Position numbers and translations under genes: made by a program. The notes under the pieces were generated by a model. The model searched no databases, had not been told where the DNA came from, and saw only the letters and a program-made list of their open reading frames with translations. Of a stretch of DNA of 64,000 bases, positions 37,401-50,870 are shown one piece after another (the first letter of the stretch is position 1; each line of letters begins with the position of its first letter). The DNA comes from Lama guanicoe. Lineage: Eukaryota. The stretch lies in NCBI GenBank assembly GCA_013239625.1, contig MU055657.1, positions 11,453,689 to 11,517,688 on the forward strand. The letters run 5' to 3'.

Positions 37401-38199
37401 ATGAGCTACTGCTACTAGGTTATGCTATAAAGAGACAAGACAGGAATCCAGCAGCAAATCATGCAATCCCAAGTGTTTTTCACTTAAACAGAGTTCAAAT
37501 GTGAAGGCACACATGTAAAAAGATGGAGGTAGAGAATATTTCAGTTCTCAAAATTCCTCTTGGGGCAAGCGCTGTGCATTTTTGGAAAACAATATACTTT
37601 GAAGAGTCATTTTAGTGAGATTTGAGACACCAGAGGACAAACTCAAGTAAAAGATTTTCACTAAGGAGTTTTCTAAGAATCAGAAGCCAGATAAATGTGG
37701 CCGTATATGCCCAGGTCCTGGGATGGCTGAGCCGGAAGCCAGGGGTAGGAGTGGTGCAAGAGCTGGATCTAGACAGATAATCTGTCCTAATAGAGGGCAA
37801 AGGAGCTTGAAGACCCCTGGGAACAGTCAAAAGAAGAAAGGATACAGAGAAGCAGAGGTCAGAAAAAGGAAACAGCATCAGAGTCTCGGTAGAGCAAAGC
37901 CAAGAAAGAAGTCCAGTTAACATAAGTATCTAATATGACATGTTTTTTTAATGCTCTAGGTTACACAAAGTGGGACTCCCACTCCTACTCAATCCTACCC
38001 AATATTCCCCAACTCCATAATCTTCAGTAAACACTACTAAAAAAATACATCAAAAAAATCCTTGGTATTCTTTGGATTTCTTGACAAAACCATTAAATGT
38101 ACAATGTTCCAAATCTGGTTTGATACAGCTTGAAACAGAATCAGGGTGTGGCCATGGGATGGCTAACGCTGGGTTGGTGACGTACATAAAATCTACGAG

Positions 38200-38372
38200 C
38201 AGGGTAGATCAAGGTTTTCTGGAGCTGAAAGTGATACAATTTGAGGAATTACCTGCCAAGGAAAAAGAATCCACAAAAGTGCAAAGTTAGATACAGGGAG
38301 TTGGAAGGAGCCCAGATAGGTGAGGGGTACCAAAACTAAAGCTTCATTTGCCTTAAAGTAAATCCACCTCTG
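38200..38372 (+). mobile_element. MER53-like non-autonomous hAT DNA transposon
   Basis: Termini 'cagggtagatc' and 'aatccacctctg'; internal 'tacagggagttggaagg...gtgaggggtacc...aagcttcatttgcc'. Confidence 0.8.
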
Positions 38373-39099
38373 CCTATAAATCAGTCAAATTGTGAGGACT
38401 TTTCCCAAAAGAAATACAAATACTGTGAAAGACTATTGTTTACATAAGACAAATACCTCAGAATTCTGGATAGAATGGAGAAAAGATGAGAATATAAAAA
38501 AATAAAGTTGTTTGTAAAGTCAGTGCTCATCATTTATTATCTAAATCATTTCCTATATCCCCACCATCGACACATTCTTTTAATTAAATGCATGTCAGAT
38601 ATAGAAACCATCTCATTATGCTACTATAATCAGATAGGAGCAGCTTATGTCATTACATTTAAATACATGGTAATTCCCAGCGTTGAGGTAAGTATATATA
38701 GTACGTTGATTGCATTGGTTTCCAGTTACTCTTACTAAGATTTGCAGATAATCTGCATGAATTATAGAGCATGCTATTATTGTAATTATGGGTGTAAAAT
38801 AAACAGAAAGTAGATTGGACTTGTTTTTTTTTTTAATTCTTCTAACAATGAGGGAGGCACATCTGAGAAAGAAGAAAGAGGTGTCACATCACTGCCAGCA
38901 GGCTTTGACCACCCAGCTTTCCTAATCTGTGCTTTTCTTTCAACTCAGCACCTTTCCCACCAGAACATTCCATACACTGAGAATCTATACAAAAATAGCC
39001 AAAGGAGAACATTAAAAGCATGTCAAGGAACCAGATTTTTAATCTGAATATTATCTTTGCACCTGCATTCCTGGTGAATTTGTGTTAGATGGTGAGGCC

Positions 39100-39535
39100 C
39101 AAGGGGCAGCAGGAAATGAACCTCCATTGGATGATCTTCTCTTGGTGACAACCTCTGCTTTCCCTTTGGAAGACCAAACGCCTTCCCATTCTTCTGGTCC
39201 CTTGAGGCTATCTCAAGGTTGCTGAAAAAAGGGCATGTGACCCAGGCCAGACCAATTGGACTGTGTTTCCTGGGAGGCTTCATCTATCTCCAACAGGGTG
39301 AAAAACAGATGGAAGCCATTGGGGCTGAGTTTTTCCAACGATATTATCCAGAAAAGACACTGTCAGTGGATTCCTGACAATTCCCTGGAGTTGTTCTAGC
39401 TCCTGTCCTTCCACAGTCTCGTGATTTAGCAATTCCTTGGGATGTGTGAACTCTCAAGAAGCCTCCCCACAAAGTCTGTATATGCTTATGTCAGAAAGAG
39501 TTGTTATCTGTTGCTCGCAACCAAGGTGCCTTAAT
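39100..39535 (+). mobile_element. Old MaLR LTR (MLT1K/L-like)
   Basis: 'gggcatgtgacccaggccagaccaat', 'gttatctgttgctcgcaaccaag'. Confidence 0.6.
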
Positions 39536-40961
39536 AGGGGAAGAAGAGTGTTACCTCTCTGTAGAGGGTTAGTTAACAGGGCCTCACTTTCTGTGTTTCC
39601 AGTTATGTTCATTTATCTCTAAAGTCTTGGAGCTACATTTGGAGGAAATCTAAAAGCAGTCTTCAAAGTAAAAATTCCCTTCCTTTCCCTCCACAAAACC
39701 TTTTCATGCAGTTTAAAAACATTTACTTTCTCCCATACCTCACCACACCTGCCATGTCTAAAAATACAAGCAAAATGCAATATGAGAATAATAGTGTCTT
39801 ACACGGAAATTCCCAAAATTATTTTTTTTCCTAAATGCTTATAAGGCTAGATGAATTTGGGGTTTAAAAAATTCTCTCTTGCGGTTTGAGACCTCACTGA
39901 GATCTGAGGGGTCTTTTGTAAACTCTCTTTAAGACCTAATATGCAAGTTTGTATTCACTCTTGGCGGGGATGGGGGGTGGGGCTTTTAGTTTTAAAATAC
40001 TAATTTAAAAATGGTTAGCTAATTTTTAATTAGTTAAAAATATTTTTGGTAGGTTTATATTTATGTGTATGTTTGGATAACATAAAGGAGGTTAATTTTG
40101 ACAGATTGAGATTAGAAAGTCAGTTACCTCTAATAGCAGCCTAATTACTTTACCTATTTAAATAACAAAAATAAGTAGATATAGAGAATTTTCCAAGCAA
40201 AGCATTTTCCTAATATTTTCACTACCAGCTTAGTGAATCATATGACACTGAAAGATACACAGAGACAGTGAACCATCTGTGGGATTACTCAGAAGCAATT
40301 CCCACTTACCTGCCTTTCTATAGCAGATCATGCTGGAGGCAGGCCTCCTCTCTCCCCTGATCAAGACAGGACTTAAATTCAACAACTGCACAGCTACCTG
40401 CTCTAATGTCTTCAGCGTGAATTTTCTGAAGTTGGGCCAGATGTATTTCTAGGCTTGTATATGACAGCAATTTTAAAATAGCAAAGTAAATCTCCATTCA
40501 ATGCAGTATTAGATTAAACACTCATAAATTGCTAGTAATTGCAAAATAATCTTTGACTTTTTCTGCCTGTACTTCTGTCACTCAAATTCAGATGAGCTCT
40601 GTCAAGAAGCAGCCCATCTGATCTTTTAGAGATTACCTACTAACCATACTTCAAGTCAGGGTACGGGAGCGGAAAGCTATGGTTTTGGCACCACTTACAA
40701 ACTGCTAGATAACATTTGCTGATACTGTGATTACAGAGATAACGTGTGCTCTGGTGTCAAAGAGCAAGGCAAATGCTGAAAGTCTTGGTGACACCCATAT
40801 TCTGGGTCTTCTTTAGAAATCAAATTTGAAGTAGAATATTCAAATTTTTTAAAATAGCAGTGTGAGTTATGGGGTGGGGAGATGACTTCAGAAAAAATGT
40901 GATTTTGTGGCTCACACACCAGGGATGGTACACACGGCTGTGTTTCCATGTGTCCCAGCTC

Positions 40962-41588
40962 TGAGAAGGCATCTCAAGTTGTTTCTCTTCAGTCTCACCA
41001 AGTGAGGGCATCAGGGTCTTCTCTCCCATGTCCCATGTCCCCGTTTGTCAATGGCCTAAATTTCTGGTTTTGTTTGTGTTCTGTAGATGGGGTTGGGACT
41101 GACATTGGATCTTGTGGGAGCGCTGGGTCACTACAAGGGGGAGATCCATACTGAGGGTATCAGACAGGGGTGAGCAGGCACCAGTTTTTCCCATCACATC
41201 TGCTCTCACCAAATACTAGAACAGCCGCCTTGGCTCCCTGTGCAACTGCAGGCACAGGCCACACGAATGGGAATATACTGGCATTGACAGGCCACCACGC
41301 CCTCAATAGTGTCTATATGGTAGAAGCCAGAAGAGTCCCAAGGCTTGGAAGCCTTTTCCTTTCATTGCATGGCCCACAGACCTCCTCGCATGTCACAGTC
41401 CAAACACATTCCTCCTGCACCACCCACCAATGCTGGTCCCCCCAATCCAGCCTGCTTAGGCTCTTTATCCGTTTTCTTCCCTGGTAATTGTGCATGTGTG
41501 TGTCATCCTGCTTTACTTATTAGCTTTGCATTCCTGTAAGTGACATTTGCTGGCATCTTAGTGCACTCTGTGCAACCTTCCCTTCTCA
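40962..41588. mobile_element. Possible old LTR, family unassigned
   Basis: GC-richer block bounded by the 8-bp inverted termini TGAGAAGG...CCTTCTCA. No TSD seen. Confidence 0.3.
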
Positions 41589-42401
41589 GAAGATGTGAAC
41601 AAAGTTAACCCCTGAATCTGGTTTTTCAGAGCAGTAGGCCACCCGAGAGCATGTAGGTTGGACCCAAATCCTAATGAAAGAGCTCACAGCTTTCCACTGA
41701 GAATCACTACTTGTTTTTTTAAGACACTCTCCTTTTTCCCAGCATCGCTGACTGCATCCACTCCACCCAGCCCAGATCGCTCAACCTCAGATGTAGGCAT
41801 GGCTTCCCTTGAGAGTGGACAAGCTTCGGTAGTGCTTACTGAATAAGGGTGAGCAGCTGCTCTTGCTTAAAGCATTGGGTGAAACACCAACACAATCTCC
41901 TGCCAATCACTCCTCTTCCCCAGAGTCATTAAGTCTCTGAGGTGTGGGTCTCCTAGTTTGAGGAGTTTTTGTCTCCACTTTCTGGACCCTCTCTTGTGCC
42001 CACTCCCAAGCACTCCCCACTCCCTCAGATCTCCCAGGCCTACTTTAGTAGCTCAATTCTTAGCTTTATAACCTCTTCCTTGCCTAATTATGGGGTACAA
42101 CCTTCCCTTTCAAAGCAAAGACCCTCCTAATATGTCCCAGGCCTCCATACTTCTCATCTAAGATTGTACAGCGTTCTCTCTGCAGGAAGAGAGTACCAGT
42201 TTCAGCACCTGTACGTCTGCCGTTGGGGTCTTTCCATGCCCGTCCCTCTCTGTGATACTCTTTCAATCATGGGCTCGTGATAGTCTCTGTTCCAAAATCA
42301 TCAGGGACTTCTGAGAATTCATTTCCCTGCTGCACACCATTTTTCTCATAGGATCACAGCTCTGATTTCAAGCTGCCTTGTTCCCATTCTCATCAAGGAT
42401 T

Positions 42402-43330
42402 GTATTAGCTTGTGGGCCAGACGTGCCTTATACAAGGGTTCTTCAGATTCTTAGGAATGTGATCCCAAGAAACAGGAGTTGAGGGATGAGGGAATGAAAC
42501 ACAGATGTTATATTAGGTTCCTATCCCTGCTGTATCAGTTTCCTATTACTGCTGTGTCTTAATACAATACAAATTTATTATCTTATAGTCCTGAGGTTGG
42601 AAGTCTGAAATGGGTCTTATGGGCTAAAATCAAGGTATTGGGGTTTTTTTGGAGCCCCTTAAAATGGAATCCATGCCCTTGTTTTTTCAGATTCTAGATG
42701 CTGCCGATCTTCCTTAAAGCTTCAACCTCTTTCTTCCGTCATCATTCCTTCTACTATCTCTAATTCGACTGCCTCCTTCTTATAAAGATCCTTGGGATTA
42801 CATTTGGTACCCCCAGATAACTCAGGATAATCTACCCATCTCAAAATCTTTAACTTAATCACATCTGAAAAGTTCCTTACACCATAAAAGGTAATGTATT
42901 TACAGATTTCTGGGTAAGATCATGGCCATCTTTCGGGTGTCATTTTTCAACCTATCACAGATGCACTGGCCACTGATATGGCAATTCAATCCTGCAGAAC
43001 CTTCTAAGTAGTCTTATGAAATTCATCTCAGAACCATCCACCTAGGAGGAGAAAGGGAGACAAAGTTACCTGGCAGCACCCATCCCTATTGATCAAGGTT
43101 GTCCCCAGGGTGTTAACTCCCCTGTATGTCCAGGAGCCATGCGTGTTAGTGCCTAGTGAAGTCCTATGGCATCCCATGTCATGGCCTCAGAGAAGCCCCA
43201 GCACAGGAAGCAAGAGGTTCAAAGTAAGATACAGTTAATTTTCACTTCCCAAAATAGATTGAAGCCTGCATGGCTGGAGTAAGAGGTGAAGCCTAGAGAA
43301 TTAAAGAGGTTAATAATAGAAATCCAACTC
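42402..43330 (-). mobile_element. ERVL LTR16-like solo LTR, split by MLT1D
   Basis: 'gtgatcccaagaaacaggagttgaggga' ... 'gggtgttaactcccctg', 'cagagaagcccc'. Confidence 0.7.
42531..42959 (-). mobile_element. MaLR LTR (MLT1D-like), nested
   Basis: TG...CA; 'aagtctgaaatgggtc', 'ccagataactcaggataatctacccatctcaaaatctttaacttaatcacatctg'. Degenerate TSD cctgc/gatgc. Confidence 0.85.
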
Positions 43331-44907
43331 ACTTCCTTGCTCTAATTTGAAGACACAGACAACTTTAGCCAGTTTGCTTCTCCTTCTCAGGCATGAGTCA
43401 GGCACTAGCCCAATCTCTCTTCCTTAGAACCCATTTCACAGGGCTTCAGGTGAAGAAGCAGCAGCCCCATGGCCACATCTCATGGGGGAAGAAGGGGAAC
43501 AAGAGCCCAAAGGTTTCAAATGCCTAAAAGAAAGAATCAAAATATATCTCTAGTGACTCCCACAGGGAACTGATACAGAAAGAAGCTCCCAAGGACTGGA
43601 CTAAAACACCAAGAAAGGAAGTCAAAGAAGTGTTTCTCCCTCTAGCTAGAGACAGTTATTACCAAGAGTTCAAACTCTTCTCAGAGAGCACTGGGGAGAG
43701 AGCATTTGAACCCTGATCTGGCGTATGTTTGAAATGCCACCAAAGGGACAGAATCAGGAGGTAAACAAGGTAAGCTATTCAGGTCATTCATGTTCTCAAG
43801 GACAACCACTCTTTAATGAGCACACATCTGGATTTGCTGAAAACCTCAGGGCTGACTTTGCTCTTCTACCATTTATCAGAAATGGGAGAGAAGTATTTGC
43901 TTGCGTCTGTCTGGAGGCTGGTGGTGGAGCAAAGGGCAATACTGATAATTAAGAGTGTGAACGAAGACAGTACTGTCTCACTTATCAGATAAGGAAGATT
44001 AAAAGGAGAAGATAAATGCAGTTTTGAAGAGGAGATTAAAAAATGGGCATTCTGACAATTGCTTGCAAAGCCTACATTGATAGCTTTGAATGGCAGCCTG
44101 GTCATATCTATTAAAATATAATGGGTGCTGACTATGTGACTCATAATTCTACTTCCTCTGGGGGGGGGGGTGTTACAGAAATACGTAAACAAATAAGCAA
44201 AAAAGTATCTTAAAGCATGTTTATTACAACATTGCTTTGAATTGGAAGAGATCTAAGAAGTTATTTTTGAAAAAAAAGAGTGAGTTCTTTACTGACATGG
44301 AAAGGACTCACAATATATAAAGAGAAATTAGCAACTTGCAAAACAGTGGATGCATTATGATCCAGTTTCTATATTTTTAAAATAATATTTGCATCTGTGA
44401 AAGCTTAGGTATTATTTGATTGTAATGTCATATCCTTAATATGTTATGGAACAGACATGGCACTATACTGTCCCTAACACGGCCAACATCAAGTTCACAG
44501 AAGAGGAGCCTCAGAGCTACTTCCTTTGTGTCTCAGAGAAACTCTATTGTTTATGGGTAATATGGGAGATTAAGATGATACGAGTGAATATGAGTTCTGT
44601 GTTAATGACAGTGCTAATAGTGATAAGAAAAGAAAATCCATTCTCTTTAACAAAAACTGTATATAATCAAATGCTAGGTATGTCCAGTGATACTTAAGTT
44701 TGTTGCTATTCATGTAACTATAAGTTACTGAAATCTTTAGAAGTAAAAAAGAGTTCTGTTTCTGAACTCTCTAGTTCCAACCTCTTTTTTCTTTTAAAAT
44801 AATTTATTATGTGACTTTTTTTTAAAGCAAGATAAGATTCCTGAAGAAGACAATTATTGAGCTATAACAGAACAAATTTATATTTGTTCATAAAAATCTA
44901 AAAAGTC

Positions 44908-45900
44908 TGAAGACTTCAGGCTAAAGATGACAGATGGGATGTGAATGTAACTCTCTTGCAAAACCCTACTAAAATAAGAGTGAAGGAATCAAATCAAGAT
45001 ATAAACCCACTCCTGTAGCATCAAGTTCTATGCAAGTTACCTCTGAGGGTGTGTTTATTTTCATTTTATTTTTAATAAGATATTTAATTTATTCAATATT
45101 TCTTAATATTGATGTGTGTTATTTTTTATCATTAACTTTATGGTTGCGATAGCAAGTGGTTTTTACTGGTTTTATAAATTATTCAATAGTTTAGGTGTAA
45201 AAGGCATGAAAATTAATGTTATGCATTTGTGTAATTCCTAAGCTTAATAAAAATTAATAATGCATTTTTTTAAAAGATATAAATCACAAGGTCCAAGAGA
45301 ATGTAAAAGGAGAGAGTAGTGAAAAAGAGGCATCAACACATTTTTGGAAGTTGGAAAAGTGTTCAAGGAGCCAGAAGCTGAACAAGTGCCCCAACTAGTG
45401 AGGGGAAAGGGAAGAGCAAGTGAATGAAGCGAGTCACTTCACTCCACAGAACCCAGAAAGACTCAGGCCACTGTGGACATGGTTGCCTCAAAAAGTTGGG
45501 CAGAGGACCACAAACAGGAGGAGTTTTGAAAGCCTAAGATAGGGACTTAGACCTCCAGACCTCCTCCCTCATCTGATACACCCAGGCAATGGCTGTGACT
45601 GGAGCTTAGAAACATCTTGCTCTCTTGCTTTCCCATCCAAAGACACTGAAACTACCCTTTGCAAGGCAGTCGGGGGCAAGTTATTCTCTGGAAGGAGAAT
45701 GGCAAAAGCCTTGGGACTGCTGCCAGCATCTTTGTCATCCTGGGAACACAGCCACTATCCCAGTAGGAAGTAGGAGGAATCCAAGAGAGTAGACAGGGCG
45801 GAGGAAAAGCTTAGACCTTGTAAGGGAGGAAACTAGAACCTTCTCCAGGGACCCAGTATTTCGCTCCAAGATGTAGACAGTAAAGCTGTTTAATGGGCAC
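44908..45900 (+). mobile_element. Ancient L1ME-type 5' end, interrupted at 45011-45273
   Basis: 'gacttcaggctaaagatgacagat...aaaccctactaaaataagagtgaagga...ataaacccac' continuing as 'aaggtccaagagaa'. Confidence 0.55.
45011..45273 (+). other. Retroposed AT-rich 3'UTR-like fragment flanked by a near-perfect TSD
   Basis: aagatataaacccac (44996-45010) vs aagatataaatcac (45274-45287). AATAAA at 45246-45251 near the 3' end. Confidence 0.6.
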
Positions 45901-46021
45901 TGTATGAGATGACAGAATATCCTTTTGTAATTGGTTTTGCCTCAAAGCAGGACCCCACAGTTTTGAGAGCACTTCTTAAAAAATGACCACTGTCTACCCT
46001 GTGAAAGAAAAAAAAAGTTTA

Positions 46022-46427
46022 ACCTAAGATGGCTGAAGACATCAAATTTAAATTCCAGACTTGTACCCACTGCAGTCAGCAGAAAACGCTGCCAACATAG
46101 ACAGCTTATTTGGGAAATACCCAAAGCAGCAAAAACCTAGAGCAAGTATGCGGAAGTTTCTTGACCTTGGAATTAGACAGAAAGAAATCTGGGGACATAC
46201 TGTGGTGACCCACAACTTTAGTCAGTGTGCACAAGCCAATGACACCACAGATCAGGAAAGCACCAAGAACTATCCAGTATTACAAGAGAAATATTTTTTT
46301 ATGTATGAGTTTTCTATTCAGATCCACTCAGACCACAAGAAGGGGAATCCTATCAAGAAGCGTTCACCAAACCTGGTTACAGATGTCTAAGGCCAGTCCC
46401 AAGAAGACCAACAATATGAAAAAGTAA
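46022..46427 (+). pseudogene. Highly degraded processed pseudogene, RPS11-like (40S ribosomal protein uS17)
   Basis: Collinear anchors against remembered RPS11, across frames: aagATGGC/MA(E)DI vs MADI; LGNT vs LGET; LDLGI vs IGLGF; GTY; RTI; DHKK vs RHKN; LSRSVHQTWLQMSKASPKK vs [20 protein letters not shown]. Intronless, with stops, frameshifts and an internal deletion. Confidence 0.55.
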
Positions 46428-46485
46428 ACATACGTAACTCAACTTGTTGGTGACAGTGAAACTTGAGCCACCATCCAGACCCAGC

Positions 46486-47010
46486 TGTATAAATTACCTA
46501 TTACCCCAACACTGTTACTTAAATGCAACCACAAACCCACAGTGGCTCACAGTCCCAAACATTTATTTTGCTCACAAGTCTACAGGCCATTTGGGTAATC
46601 CTGCTGCTCTGGGGGCAGGCTTGGCCGATCTTGGCTGGACTCACTCATGGATCTGTGGTCAGCAGGGGGCCTGGCTGTCGAGTATGGCCTCACTATTCAC
46701 TTAGGATATCTCCTGTCTCATTCATGAGTTCATCAATTCAGAAGACTCACCCAGCCTTGTTCTTACGCAGGGGGCTCAGGTCCCAGAGAGGGCGCAGTAG
46801 CATCCAAACCCTCTTGGAACCCAGGCTCAGAATGGGCACGTTTATCTGCTACATTTTATTGGCCTAAAGCAAGTCACCAGGTCAACCCAGATTCCAGCGT
46901 GGGCAGGTAGCGCACTTCTCTATAGGAGGTGCTAAAATTTCACATGGCAAGGAGCCTGGTTACAGGGAGGGATAAGAAATGGAGGCCATTAGGACAATTA
47001 CTCTACCACA
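46486..47010 (-). mobile_element. Full-length MaLR solo LTR (MLT1G/H-like) with perfect TSD
   Basis: TG...CA, with CCAGC duplicated at 46481-46485 and 47011-47015; 'acattttattggcctaaagcaagtcac', 'acagggagggataagaaatggaggcca'. Confidence 0.9.
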
Positions 47011-47144
47011 CCAGCATTTGACATAAAAGAATTCGTCCCATGAGTAAATCAAAAGAACTTGGTGAAGGGCAATGTGATACCCTAGAAGAAAAGAAACACG
47101 GTGGTGAGAAAGCTGCTGACACCTGAATGAAGTCTGCGTTTTCG

Positions 47145-47285
47145 GGAAGGGTGATATTCATTTCCTAGTTCTGAAAAACTCATCATGGTTATGTCAATGA
47201 GAGGAAAAGCTAGGTGAAGGACAGGTGGGAACTTCACTGTCTTTGCAACTTTTCTGTAAAACTAAAGTTAATTCAAAATAAGACC
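47145..47285 (+). mobile_element. L1MC-type 3' terminus fragment
   Basis: 'ctaggtgaaggacaggtgggaacttcactgtctttgcaacttttctgtaaa...caaaataa'. Confidence 0.7.
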
Positions 47286-50184
47286 TTTATTTTGGAAGCG
47301 ATACTATAAAAAGAACCTGGAGGGTAGGCCATGTGATGTGTGGCATCCTTAACTGGGTGTGTCACTGAGTCACAGAGAATGCTCTATCCTATGTTCAGAA
47401 ACCCCTGTGGCCTGGGAAAATCTGGCAGCGTGTGGGGCACCTCATTATCCCAGCCTGTTCCAAGGACAGGGACCAGGAGGAAAGCAGGTAAAGACATTGC
47501 TAAGAGACAGAAACTCTGAAAACAGGTTGGATTCGAGGACCATGCTGTGACATGATTGTGTCTTAGTTGCTAGCCCAGTGGATTTCCAGAAACTGAATAG
47601 GCTGTTCCTCCCTCTGAGATTTTAAGGAAGTGTTATTTCCAGAGACGCAGCAAGCCCTGCAAACAGGCTTATGATTGATTGCTCAACCCGTAAGGCAGTC
47701 CCCAGGCCCCCAAACCTGCACCAAAAAGAAATGGGCTACAGTTCGCCAGCAGCTCTTCCTGAACTTTACAGGTAAGTTCAAGGAAAGGATTGCAGGAAGC
47801 CGCATTTTAGCCTGCCTCTGGCCCAGGCCCCAGTGCAGTGTGCTCGGCAGTAAACCGGATAGTACATTTTCATCCCCATCTGGCTTGTGTGTCTTAACAC
47901 ACAATTGATTCTGAATCTGGAAAGTAAGAAAGGGAAGTAATTAAGCTCTGCCTCAAACGCCAACACCGGGGAGCAGGTACTTTACCCTGTAGGTTCCCAG
48001 GAACAGTAGGGACTTATCACCAGATATAAGCAGGTTTAATACAGATAAAACCTGTGGTATGTTTCGTAAAGGTAACTATGGCAGCACGGTGGATGGGCAG
48101 GAAAAGGATAAGACTGGAAAAATGAAGAAAAAAAATTAGAAAGAAACAGCAATAGGAAAGCTAATAAATGCTCAGACTAACAGAGCTGCAATGAGGAGGA
48201 GAAGCACCAAGCGACACTAAGATTATGAGGAAGATGGGAAAGCTCACCGATGTCGGAGATGCAGCAAATGGAATACATCCTGTAAGAGAGCACCAGGATT
48301 AAACTCTGTGGATTGTAAATGGATACCAGTCACTCGTTTTGTTTTTGCTGGAGGGAAGGAAGAAGCAGACAGCTGGAATTCTGTCTGAAACAGAAGGAAA
48401 GATTTTTAAATCCCTGTTTATTTTACACTTGAAAAGGATTTGTCCTCAAAATTGCCAAGCTGTAGAGATGCTCTTAAGGGATTTGGTAAGACATACACAA
48501 AAGAATGCCTTGGTGAGCTACTGAAATGTCACCCCCCCGGGACCTTAAACCACTGCAGGCGCTCAGGAGCCTCCAGGTCCACTGCACAAGGTTTTAGGTT
48601 AGATAATGAGGCTAATTACTTTCTTTCTGGATTCCCTTTAACCTGGATGAGAACATGGTGCTAAGTGATCCTCAAGGACTCAGCCAACTATAGAAACTTG
48701 CAGACCAGAAAAACTTACACACTTCCATGATTTATAAAGGCTGAAAGGGATGATTTACCTGCCCAAGGGAATTTAGCATCAGTCCTGTTCCTTCAACATT
48801 CCTTTCCTGACTAGGATTCTGTTAAACACTGCATTTCTCTCAGTGCTGTATGTTTCCTGCTTTGTCATAGCTTTTCCCTAAATAATTCTACCAGGGTGCT
48901 GAATAAATACCCATTGGTCTCTCAGGCAAATGTAGATTCATTTTGGCAGTTACAGAGGGTCTGTCCATCTATGGGAAGATTAAATGAAATCTTGCGGGGT
49001 GAGAGCTTGGCTTAGATCCTGGCATATAATAAGCCATCATATATGGCCACTATCCTGTTACATACAGCATCGAACAATTTGGCTTTGGCTACAAAAAAGT
49101 TTAGCAAAAAGACATTTTGCTATTAAAAATATCTAGTAACCTAACCCTGTTTTCACTCCTGTATGTACTTCTTCCCCCTTTGATGCTTCTCCAGAATTAA
49201 ATGTATCATAAGAATTCAAGAACTCAGATGCTTAAATTTTTTTTATGTTAATCAAAACACCACCCAAAACATTATCTGGCTGGGTCCAAGATTATTATTC
49301 ACTAGCACACTTATGCTTCTAACTCTTTGCAAAGAGTAGTAATTGCTTCTCATCATCAGTAAGGAGACTTAAAGTCCTTTCCCAGAAACAGCTTAAAGTT
49401 CTTTCCCCAACTTGGCCAGCTGCATTTGAATTCAGGGTTTCCGCCCTAGAAAGAATGTGGTTGTGTCCAAGTGGAATGAGTCACTGAATTTTAAGCAGAA
49501 AGTTTTCATCTCTTTAAAAGGAGCAGTGTTGAGTTGTATTTTTATGGTGAAATAATTGCTTAAAGTGGACCAGGACGAGAGCCATCCCATCTCATATTCT
49601 CTATGCTGTGCCCGGCAGCTAGGAGAGGAGAGCAAGAACTGATGGGAGAAAAAGAGATTATTTGAACTCTGGCAATGGGCCACTCGGCTTAGTGGATTTA
49701 CCAAGTAATCTTGGCCAAGAAAGCAGGTCCTTGAGTAATGGTATGGAACGTTAAGCCCCTCTGGGATGCCCATTAAATGCTTGTTGGCTGTCTGCAGGGA
49801 GCCCAGACCTCATCAAGTCCTGCTGCCCTATTTGCTGTTGGGAGCTCTGTAGATGGACTACATCCCAGCTCAACCTTCTTGGGACTCCATCCATTAAGCT
49901 CTGCCATTATTTTTGAGATTTGCAACAGTTCATCATGGCTCCAATATCAAGCATGCAAAGATGAGTTTTTATTGAGTAGTTCATAGAAACAAAATGAAGT
50001 TTTCAGATGCACTTATAAATATGTACTTGCCCTTGCCCAAGCTTTCTTTCTTTCTTTCTTTCTTTTTTGAAATTTCATTACTGAGGTTGGATCAATTTCA
50101 TTTCACCAGTGTTCTTCTATATAACACTTCATAGAATCATCTTTGAAAAAGGGTAAGTCGATAATATTAGTTCTTCTATTTGAC

Positions 50185-50870
50185 AGAATCACGTAGCAGG
50201 CATGCAGTGAACACCTACTAAAATACGAGCTGCTCTGCTAGGTGCTTTGGGAAATACAAAGCTGAGTAACACATCATCCCCTGCTCTCTAATAACTTACA
50301 ATCAAGAGGAAAGACAAAGCAAAAGCACATGTAGCTACAATACACAGTGGGCCACAAAAAGCTTTTGATTGTTTTCTATAGACTAATGGAGAAGTATTGA
50401 AGGACTGTATGCAGGAGCGTGACATGACTGTAACTGCATTTTAGAAAGATCATCCGGCCAGCAGGATGGAGGGCAGATTTAAAGGGAGATTTAAAAGGAC
50501 TGGGTGGCAAATGATCGTTTGATGAGGGATGCTGGGGGGAGGGTGTAAAAACGATCATCTAGACCTCTGCCTTTGGCAGCTGGGTGGGAAGCTGGGTGTT
50601 CATCATAGGAGAACGTGGCAGGGATGGAGCAGGGCAATCAGGCCAGGCTGAGACAAAAGAGCGAGAGAAGCCCTAGGGAGTGAGGACACCCACGATAGAG
50701 TGTGGGCCACGTGCCGCAGCTTCACAGCAGGCAGGGTCGGGAAAGCAGGCTGTGGGCCCTGGATGCCAAGCACAGAGTTGGACCTTAATTCAATGAGCAA
50801 GAGAGAGGTTTTAAGCAGTAAAACAACATGACTGAAGCAGTTCTTTTGGAAAACTAACCTGATCAACCAA
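50185..50870 (-). mobile_element. L2 fragments
   Basis: 'gaacacctact...ctctgctaggtgctttggga', 'tgcattttagaaagatcatccggccagcaggatggagg', 'gagaggttttaagcag'. Confidence 0.7.

Noticed and set aside
46029-46060. COX6B1 retrocopy (starts MAEDI)
   Set aside because: Similarity ends after five residues; downstream anchors fit RPS11 better.
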